Source: Candidatus Hydrogenedentota bacterium (GTDB lineage Bacteria; Hydrogenedentota; Hydrogenedentia; Hydrogenedentales; SLHB01). Taken from it: DNA of 64,000 bases. The position numbers and the translations under genes were made by a program. Of the stretch, positions 19,534-27,223 are shown one piece after another; positions within the stretch are counted from its first letter, which is position 1, and every line of letters begins with the position of its first letter. The notes under the pieces were generated by a model. That model searched no databases and was not told where the DNA came from. It saw only the letters and a program-made list of their open reading frames with translations. The DNA lies in contig CAXXYE010000011.1 in assembly GCA_963674865.2 (NCBI GenBank), forward strand, positions 160,001 to 224,000, written 5' to 3'.

Positions 19534-20267
19534 AGCAACCCACCATCGACAAGCTTTACGAGTTGCGTCTCTTCGGGATGGCCAAAGCCCTGGAAGAACA
19601 GGACGGGTCCTCCAAATACGAACGCCTGGATTTCCTGGACCGGCTGGCTTTGCTCGTGGACCGCGAATCCGCCGAACGCGACAGTAACCGCCTTCGGCTT
19701 CGGCTCAAACAGGCCAAACTGCGCCTGACGGCCACCGTCGAGGATGTGGATTTCCGCCATCCCCGCGGTCTCGACAAATCCCTCGTCCTGGCCCTGGCCG
19801 GCTGCCGATGGATACGCGAGCACCATAACGTCATCATTACCGGGCCTACCGGCGTGGGCAAGAGCTATCTGGCCTGCGCTTTGGCGCACAAGGCATGCCG
19901 CGAAGGCTTCCGCGCCCTTTACCTGCGAGCCCCCAGGCTCTTCGACGACCTCGCGCTGGCCAAAGCTGACGGCCGCTACCGCAGGGTCCTCGCCGCCCAT
20001 GCCCGGATCGACCTGCTCGTCATCGACGACTGGGGGCTGGCCAGCCTGACCGAGGAGCAGCGCCGTGATGTCCTCGAGATCCTGGAAGACCGCCACGACC
20101 TGCGGTCCACTCTGATCGCCAGCCAACTCCCCATCGAGAAGTGGCACAAGGTCATCGGCGACCCTACTCTGGGCGACGCCATCCTTGACAGACTGGTACA
20201 CAATGCCCACAAACTCGCGCTCAAGGGAGATTCGCTCAGGAAGAAACGGAAGAAGATACAAAGCTGA
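19527..20267 (+). CDS. istB: IS21 helper ATPase IstB
   Basis: GPTGVGKS, LLVIDDWG, AILDRLVH. Confidence 0.95.
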   Translation: MLKQPTIDKLYELRLFGMAKALEEQDGSSKYERLDFLDRLALLVDRESAERDSNRLRLRLKQAKLRLTATVEDVDFRHPRGLDKSLVLALAGCRWIREHHNVIITGPTGVGKSYLACALAHKACREGFRALYLRAPRLFDDLALAKADGRYRRVLAAHARIDLLVIDDWGLASLTEEQRRDVLEILEDRHDLRSTLIASQLPIEKWHKVIGDPTLGDAILDRLVHNAHKLALKGDSLRKKRKKIQS

Positions 20268-20722
20268 AGCGGCACACCGTCGCTACGCTCCGAGGGGAGG
20301 CCACGCTTCAGCGTGGTTTCCCCTCTCTTACCTCCGGTGGCCGCATCCCATCCTACCATACCCACCAGCACTTTCCTTCGGACTACTCGGCCGCGACCGT
20401 AACAGGTGGCCGCGCACTGCCGAATTCACTGGCCGCGCTCAGCCGTATCCGGTGGCCTACTCGTGCCGAAATATGCAGTGTGCCCTGTGGAAATCCCGTT
20501 TCGCAGTCTCCAAGCCTATACCGAGGAAGGGGGGACCGTGCTAGATCCCTTCGGCGGCTCGGGGACAACGCTTATTGCCGCAGAGCGTGCGGGACGGAGG
20601 GCATTTCTCGTCGAGAAACGTCCCGAGTACTGTGACCGGATCGTGAAGCGCTGGGAGGAGTTCACGGGGAAGCGGGCAAGGCGAGAAGTATCCAGATAGA
20701 CGCGTATTGGGGGAGCGTCGCG

Positions 20723-21838
20723 ATGAAAGGGAAAAAGGAAATGGACATTGGCATGACTCGGAAGCATACAGTTTCAGCACTTCCGCAGGATTTCGTTCCG
20801 CATGCTGTCGAACACTTTGATGTCAGGAGAATCATCCTGAGCAAAGGTAGTCTGGATACGCCAGAACGCGCGGTATTTGTTCGCCGAATATGTGAAGTCT
20901 ACCCCAATGCGACGATTCAGGAACAGCTGGGACATGCCCATAACCATGTTAGCCTTGGCGAAGGAAGTCGCTCAACACGCATTCAGAACGGAAAGAAGAC
21001 CCTTGTCTTTGGTGAGCTGAAGAGCGCCGTTAGGTCAAGCTCGGGTGAAAGCAATACTTGTCCCTCCCACTGGTCGTTCTCGGTGTACGGATTCTGTCCG
21101 TATGGCTGTAAGTACTGCTATCTCCCGGGAACCCAAACCTTCTGGTTTTCACCAGCCGTTCGAGTTTATGTGAACCTCCCCGAAATCCTCGCACAAATCG
21201 ACCGCGTGGCCAATCGCTCCAGGAAGCCTACCGCTTTCATTTTAGGCAAGCTGCAGGATGGCCTTGCCCTGGATCCCTTGACCGCCTACTCGACGACCTT
21301 GGTACCATTCTTTGCCGGACACAAGTATGCACGACAGATCATTATGACGAAGTCGGATTCCGTTGAGCGATTCCTTGATTTGGAGCACGGTGGAAACACT
21401 ATCCTCTCTTGGAGCCTCAACCCGCCAGAGATAGCCGCTCGATACGAGAAAAACGCGCCTTGCATTGAGGCGCGAATTGAGGCCATGAAGCAATGTGCCG
21501 ATGTCGGCTATCCGACACGCGCTACGATCATGCCGTTTGTTCCCTGTGGCAATTGGCGAGCCGCATATACTGGCTTGGTGCAGAGTCTGCTTTCTCAGGT
21601 TCGTCTACAGCGTCTTACTCTAGGCGGGATTTGCATGTCGCCCAGAGCCTTATCGGCAATGAGGGAACGTGCCAGCGGCGAGGATGGTGTTTCCGATATT
21701 CTTGCCAAAGAAAGACATTTCGAAGGAGGGCGCATTTGGTATGACCACAGACTATGCACGGAAGTCTTCGAGTTCATTGCAGCGACCGCCCGGGCGGCCC
21801 AGCCTGACTTGCCTATCTCGTCGTGCCACACTCTCTAG
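20723..21838 (+). CDS. Spore photoproduct lyase-like radical SAM protein, paralogue 1
   Basis: FCPYGCKYCY, GKLQDGLALDPL, TKS, SWSLNP. Confidence 0.9.
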   Translation: MKGKKEMDIGMTRKHTVSALPQDFVPHAVEHFDVRRIILSKGSLDTPERAVFVRRICEVYPNATIQEQLGHAHNHVSLGEGSRSTRIQNGKKTLVFGELKSAVRSSSGESNTCPSHWSFSVYGFCPYGCKYCYLPGTQTFWFSPAVRVYVNLPEILAQIDRVANRSRKPTAFILGKLQDGLALDPLTAYSTTLVPFFAGHKYARQIIMTKSDSVERFLDLEHGGNTILSWSLNPPEIAARYEKNAPCIEARIEAMKQCADVGYPTRATIMPFVPCGNWRAAYTGLVQSLLSQVRLQRLTLGGICMSPRALSAMRERASGEDGVSDILAKERHFEGGRIWYDHRLCTEVFEFIAATARAAQPDLPISSCHTL

Positions 21839-21950
21839 AGGATTGCCTGGAAAGCACCTCTTAAACCTAAGAAATCACTGGATATATATTCAGTCTTGCG
21901 ATATGCTAGTTGCAGACAAGAGGGTCCAGCATTACAGCGGAAGAAGAAAC

Positions 21951-23108
21951 GTGAGTGAACATGGGCAACTTGAGCTCTTTTCGAAAGGGGCAAGCGTTTC
22001 GTTACCGGATAGGTATGTGCCGGTTCCGGCGCAGGGCTTTGAGGTCGAACGAATTCTGCTGGGCAAGGGCAGCATAGATACGGCGCAACGCGAGGCGTTT
22101 GTGCGGAGGATCTGTTCGGCATATCCGGATGTGCCGGTGGAAGAACACCTGGATTCATCCGCCGGTGCGGTGGACCTGGAGGAAACGAATCCCCTACGCC
22201 GTCAGTTGAAGGGGAAGCGAACACTGGTGTTTGGACAGTTGCAGGCCAGAAGTGCCGTACGATGCACACGGGTGGCGGACAAGGAGTACTCGTACCGTTG
22301 GCATTTCTCGGTATATGGATATTGCTTCTACAGATGTGCGTATTGCTATCTGGCCGGGACAAATGGTGTGTGGCATTCGCCGACTGTAAAGATCTATGTA
22401 AATCTCCCGGAAATCGTAACAGCGATCGAGCGCCATGCCAATCGGTTGGACACTCCGACGTTCTTCTGCCTGGGCAAATTGCAAGATGGTTTGGCATTGG
22501 ATCCGCTCACGGCGTATTCGAGAGTTCTGATACCTTTCTTTGCCGAACATCCCCACGCAAGGCTGCTTATCCAAACGAAGTCGGCCGACGTGGAACGATT
22601 ACTCAACTTGGAGCATGGTGGTCACACGACGTTGTCGTGGAGTCTGAATCCACCGGAAGTCGTTCGTTGCTACGAATCACATGTTCCAAGTACCGAGGAC
22701 CGAATTGCCGCCATGGAGCGTTGTGCCGCGCACGGCTACCCGGTGCAGGGTCTTATCCAACCGTTCATTCCCGTTGGAGACTGGGAAACCACCTATGACT
22801 CATTTGTGCGTGAATTGATGGATCGAGTGCCACTACAGGAGCTATCAATCGCCGGCGCGTGTATGGGACTGCGCACGCTTTCACTGTTGGAGCGCCGAAT
22901 GGGGCGGGAGAACGCGATCAGCACACATCTCGCAAGTTCAACGCCGACAGGACAAGTCGGCACATATTACCGGACCGCTATTGAGCAGCGATTCTTGGTG
23001 AGAATTGCGGAGATGGTTCGGAGGCGCAAGCCGGGTTGGATTGTAACGATGGGGAGGCAACATCCATCAGCCCTGCGAGTGCTAAGAATGGGGCCGCGGA
23101 CGTGCTGA
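21951..23108 (+). CDS. SPL-like radical SAM protein, paralogue 2
   Basis: GTG start chosen by alignment with the paralogues; N-terminal QLELF; YCFYRCAYCY, GKLQDGLALDP, SWSLNP. Confidence 0.9.
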   Translation: MSEHGQLELFSKGASVSLPDRYVPVPAQGFEVERILLGKGSIDTAQREAFVRRICSAYPDVPVEEHLDSSAGAVDLEETNPLRRQLKGKRTLVFGQLQARSAVRCTRVADKEYSYRWHFSVYGYCFYRCAYCYLAGTNGVWHSPTVKIYVNLPEIVTAIERHANRLDTPTFFCLGKLQDGLALDPLTAYSRVLIPFFAEHPHARLLIQTKSADVERLLNLEHGGHTTLSWSLNPPEVVRCYESHVPSTEDRIAAMERCAAHGYPVQGLIQPFIPVGDWETTYDSFVRELMDRVPLQELSIAGACMGLRTLSLLERRMGRENAISTHLASSTPTGQVGTYYRTAIEQRFLVRIAEMVRRRKPGWIVTMGRQHPSALRVLRMGPRTC

Positions 23109-23218
23109 AGTTGGGGAGTACGCCACACAGCATGGTCAACTCGATTGAAGGGCGAGACTTCCTGTTGGAGCTGGCAAGATGGGATGTCCTGATAGAATGA
23201 GAAGTCTCTTCCGTTTAC

Positions 23219-24469
23219 ATGAGCGAGGAAAGGGGCCGGGGCATGACCATTGACAAGGACGATAAAGAGTTGGATGGGAGATCGGGCGAGAGACTGATTG
23301 CCCATTTCTTTGACCGCAATTTTTCGGAGCAGTTCTCTTTTGCGAATCCAAAAACCAAGACAAATGCCGAAGTCGGCGACGTTCTCGTTTGGTTCAATCG
23401 AGTTGTTCTACTAATCGAAGTAAAGACCCGGTGCGATGGAGGGAAGAGCGTAGATCAATGGGCGGCTGCGGGTATCTCGAAAGGTGTTGAGCAAATCAGA
23501 AACAACATTTCTCGGCTCAACGATCGGGAAGCCATCAATCTTCACAATCGACACTATCACCTTCCTCTTCAGTACGAGGGCCTAAGCAGTGTGATCGGAA
23601 TGGTGGTTCTTGTCTCGGAAGAGAAACCAACCATCCGTCCAAGCGATGTGGTGTCCGATATCTACCAACAGGATTCCCCTATCCATGTCTTCACGTGGAA
23701 CGACTTGCTGCAAATGACCGCTGAGATAGACTCGGTGCCGGACTTAACCTACTATCTTCAAGATCGTCTCGCCCTCGTTCTCACTGGTTTCGATATTCCT
23801 CTAAGTAGGGAGATGCATGCGCTTGCATGCTACAAGCTCCACCATAATCGTTTCCCAACACCATTGCCGGATGTCGCTTCTTCAGACGTATTGGATGACT
23901 ACAGAACTTCCATGCGTGAATCCATTGCCGAAAGGGAGAGGCACAATCGTTTTGCTGAACTCTATGATCACATAGTCACTCTTATCCCCGAGAGACGAAA
24001 ACTGCACCATGGACTACCGACTGGCTTGTACTTTGCCTGGGAGATGGCAGCCACGACAAGACGTCAACGCGCCTACTATGGAGAAATGCTCGCGCGCACA
24101 CAGAGAGATTTTCAAGACGGCAGAATGGCGGATCGTAGGTATGCGTTATACAATCCGGCCACAGGCAATTGGCTGGTGTTTCTCTTTTCGAAAGACGGGA
24201 CGCAAGAGCTGTGCGAGAAGTTGATCCGCGCCGTTGACCTGAAGCTAATAAAGGAAGTAGCCAAGAGCCAATTCGAATATGGAGTGTATGGTCTAGGTTT
24301 CCAGATCTCACAGTTTCCTCTCCTAAGATTCAGTCTTTGCGTGGCCACCTTCAACGGCGCGGCGGAGGTGGCTGGTTTCACGGAGGAGCAACTTCAGGAA
24401 GCACTCACACTTTGGGGGAGTGAGTCGGGCACGAGGCGCCGGACAATAGAAGAATTCCCCAGTGCTTAG
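23219..24469 (+). CDS. Hypothetical protein with an N-terminal PD-(D/E)xK/NERD-like nuclease motif
   Basis: E..GD.LV.....LLIEVK; GC content appears lower than the flanks. Confidence 0.65.
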   Translation: MSEERGRGMTIDKDDKELDGRSGERLIAHFFDRNFSEQFSFANPKTKTNAEVGDVLVWFNRVVLLIEVKTRCDGGKSVDQWAAAGISKGVEQIRNNISRLNDREAINLHNRHYHLPLQYEGLSSVIGMVVLVSEEKPTIRPSDVVSDIYQQDSPIHVFTWNDLLQMTAEIDSVPDLTYYLQDRLALVLTGFDIPLSREMHALACYKLHHNRFPTPLPDVASSDVLDDYRTSMRESIAERERHNRFAELYDHIVTLIPERRKLHHGLPTGLYFAWEMAATTRRQRAYYGEMLARTQRDFQDGRMADRRYALYNPATGNWLVFLFSKDGTQELCEKLIRAVDLKLIKEVAKSQFEYGVYGLGFQISQFPLLRFSLCVATFNGAAEVAGFTEEQLQEALTLWGSESGTRRRTIEEFPSA

Positions 24470-24506
24470 AAATGGATATGCGTATGAGATGAGTTCAAGA
24501 CTCTGA

Positions 24507-24762
24507 ATGCGGCAACTGGAGTTGTTCGAGAAGGATGATGCGGGCAGTTGGGGGTTGCCGAAGGGTTATCAAGTATGCACAAGCCGCCACTTCTCTTTCG
24601 ACCGCATCATATTGAGCATTTGATGGCGACAAGACTGAGGCAGAATACACAGGTGAGATCGCGCACTCTCTTGCTATCGTCGCCGAGCAAGCCGTGCTGC
24701 GCCATTCATGGCCATTGGGTGCCTCCCGCTTGGAAACTCCGGTGGGCAGGAAGAATGCTTGA
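24507..24762 (+). pseudogene. Remnant of a fourth SPL-like paralogue
   Basis: 24507-24623 translates MRQLELFEKDDAGSWGLPKGYQVCTSRHFSFDRIILSI*, matching the paralogue N-termini. A short out-of-frame tail runs to 24762. Confidence 0.7.
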
Positions 24763-24833
24763 TGAGATCTTTTCCAGTATGGCTGTGTGTTTACTCCCGT
24801 GGGACGAGTCTCGTATGCGAGGTATTGGGCATA

Positions 24834-25931
24834 GTGAATGAGCAACTGGACCTGATTCCGCGGGAGAATGTCTGGGAGTTGCCTCGGGACTATGAGCCTG
24901 TGGCACCGGCCGGATTTGACGTACGTCAGATCTTTCTTTGCCGGGGTAGCTTGAGCACCGCGGAACGCGATAGTTTCGTCCGTCGCATCTGTTGTGCATT
25001 TCCAGCGGCGGAGATCGTTGAACAACTTGACACCGTGCATAATCGCGTGGAACTCCATGAGCCGGAGCCTGCGTGCCGTGTGGCTCGTGGCAAACAGACG
25101 CTCGTTTTCGGGGAACTCTCACCGAAGCATGCGGTGTGGGATGGCGGGGGCCGAGAGGCCCCGTATTTTCATCGCAGGCGGTTGTCATTGTGTGGCTTCT
25201 GCTTCTACGCATGCCGATTCTGCTACCTGGCGGGCCGCGACGCCGTGTGGCATTCGCCGACGGTGAAGATATTCGTGAATCTGACGGAGATTATGGATGA
25301 GGCAGAGCGCCACATCCGGCGCGCGGAGCAGCCTCTCGAGTTCTGCATTGGCGAGTTGCAGGATGGGCTTTCGTTGGATCCCCTTACAGCCTATAGCTCA
25401 GTGCTGGTGCCCTTTTTCGCGGAGCAGCGGGATGCTTGTCTCGAGGTCCGCACCAAATCTACTGCCGTCGAGCGACTGCTTTCACTGAACCATGGCCGGC
25501 GCATCCTATTGTCGTGGACACTAAACCCACCGGAGGTTGCACGGGTCTTTGAAGTGGGTGCGCCTCCCGTCGAGGAGCGCATCGCGGCCATGCAACGCTG
25601 CGCGGAGGCAGGATATCGTCTGCGGGCTAGCATCATGCCTGTTATCCCCCTTGGCGACTGGAAGCCGAGCTATCTTGACTTCATCGCCCGCGTGTTGGAG
25701 CAGATTCCGCTCGAACGTTTGGCGCTGGGGGGGATCACAATGGATGAGCGGACACGCCACCTGCTGGAACTCCGGATAGGAACCGAGAACGCAATTTCAG
25801 CCCACCTTCGGGAGTGTAGCGACGGGCAATGGCATTATTCGCCGGCGCTTTGCCGGGAGTTGTTTCAGCAGATCAACAAGCTGGCCAGGAGGATACAACC
25901 AGACATTGAAGTTGAGGTCGTTATCCCGTGA
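24834..25931 (+). CDS. SPL-like radical SAM protein, paralogue 3
   Basis: N-terminal QLDLI; FCFYACRFCY, GELQDGLSLDP, SWTLNP. Confidence 0.9.
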   Translation: MNEQLDLIPRENVWELPRDYEPVAPAGFDVRQIFLCRGSLSTAERDSFVRRICCAFPAAEIVEQLDTVHNRVELHEPEPACRVARGKQTLVFGELSPKHAVWDGGGREAPYFHRRRLSLCGFCFYACRFCYLAGRDAVWHSPTVKIFVNLTEIMDEAERHIRRAEQPLEFCIGELQDGLSLDPLTAYSSVLVPFFAEQRDACLEVRTKSTAVERLLSLNHGRRILLSWTLNPPEVARVFEVGAPPVEERIAAMQRCAEAGYRLRASIMPVIPLGDWKPSYLDFIARVLEQIPLERLALGGITMDERTRHLLELRIGTENAISAHLRECSDGQWHYSPALCRELFQQINKLARRIQPDIEVEVVIP

Positions 25932-26401
25932 GTGCCCCATCTCATCCCGCCGCCTCTGCCATAACATATTCATTCCTAATGGCTTATGTGCGTGATTGCC
26001 CCCCGAGGCTTTCCCGCCGACCTCAGAATCGCAAGGAGCTGTAAGTCCACGCCTTGCATCAGTTTAGGATGCGTATCTCGGCTTACTCGTGTAGTGGGCC
26101 ACATAATGGCCGGAACGAGGTGACGATTCTCGCCTCGGGCAGGGGGGAGCAAAAGATGAGCCGGATTGGTCGGCATGCCGTCTCACACATGCGAGTTTGC
26201 CTGTGGCTGCGGCAGGATGAGGATCTTTCTCTACTGGCTTGTCTCTGGCACCGCAGTGGTTTAGGCTTCGCGAACCTAATGCGAAGCTGGAAACCAGCTT
26301 CGCGCCATTTGGCAACGCGTCTCTCTCTCGCTGTCGCAGACTGGAGTGCCGTCGGAATTCCCTTCCGCAGCCCCTCAATAACCAACAAAGGAGAAGTTTC
26401 T

Positions 26402-26782
26402 GTGAGTGCATTACCAGAGGTTGTCGCCGAAGCATTGGATAACCGGGAAGGCCCGGCGGTTTTCACGACAGTGAACAAAGCAGGCATTCCGAACACCATC
26501 TACGTAGGATTCCTTCATCGATTCGGGCCGGACAAGTTGGTCGTTCCCGACAACTATTTCCACAAGACGCGCGAGAACATCCTCGCGGGGAGCAGCGGTT
26601 CCCTGCTTTTCATCACCAAGGAGCGAAAGGCGTATCAGATCAAAGGCGCCATCGACTATGAGAAGAGCGGCGAGATCTTTGACGATATGAAACACAACTG
26701 GCTAGACGCCAAGTACCCAGGCCACGCCGCGGTCGTTGTAAATGTAGAAGAGGTCTTCAGCGGAGCAGAGCAACTCACATAG
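26402..26782 (+). CDS. Pyridoxamine 5'-phosphate oxidase-family FMN-binding protein
   Basis: AAAGGAG RBS; FTTV...G.PN, DNYFHKTRENI, YQIKG. Confidence 0.85.
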   Translation: MSALPEVVAEALDNREGPAVFTTVNKAGIPNTIYVGFLHRFGPDKLVVPDNYFHKTRENILAGSSGSLLFITKERKAYQIKGAIDYEKSGEIFDDMKHNWLDAKYPGHAAVVVNVEEVFSGAEQLT

Positions 26783-27223
26783 CATCCAGATTGACATGAG
26801 CGCCGACGCGTGAGGCGCATGCAAACGGCGAGATGCAGACCCCCTCCATGCACGCCTGCTCCAATGCGACATGAAGCTGGTGATGGTTCTCCCAAGACGG
26901 GCCCGCCAGGTGCTTGAGAGAATCGAGTGTTCTCATAAGTCCTTGTAGGTCAATAAGTAGGGGCCTTCTGGAGTGACAGGCGGAGCAAGGCTGGTGATGG
27001 CCGAACGCGCTACTCCCCTGAACTGGCTATTAACGTGTACGACGCCATGATCGCCGTAGGTCGGAATGCAGGCCAACTGTCAGCACATGGGCGGATTCCT
27101 CAGTGCCTAGCCGCGCTTTATATTTGATTCAGCACTCAGCCTCTGGTTAACTCACTGAAAGCCATCGCGAGAGCGAGTGTAAAGCAGTGGACATACTCCG
27201 TATCTGGCTTCTCAGGAGGGATA

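Larger units (their letters stand above)
17769..20477 (+). mobile_element. IS21-family insertion sequence, 2709 bp, 6-bp TSD
   Basis: TG...CA ends TGCATATTTCGG / CCGAAATATGCA; TSD GTGTGC at 17763-17768 and 20478-20483; subterminal GTGAATTCGGC and GCTGAGCGCGGCC repeats. Confidence 0.95.
16737..20699 (+). pseudogene. ParB-N/DNA methyltransferase, copy 2, split by an IS21-family element; reconstructs as 16737-17768 + 20484-20699 (415 aa)
   Basis: LKPWEKNPR, IAGHAR, FAGPPYFNQ, GHSAVC|PVE, LDPFGGSGTT. Confidence 0.9.

Noticed and set aside
21669..21950. Long N-terminal extensions of ORF-track calls (also those starting 24708, 26054, 35945, 48981, 52912)
   Set aside because: They overlap upstream genes or lack an RBS; paralogue alignment or RBS position supports later starts.
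23128..23148. QHGQLD* resembling another radical SAM N-terminus
   Set aside because: Too short and lacks a start codon; could be chance.
26354..26377. Possible degenerate fourth att core
   Set aside because: Similarity to the tmRNA 3' end is too weak.
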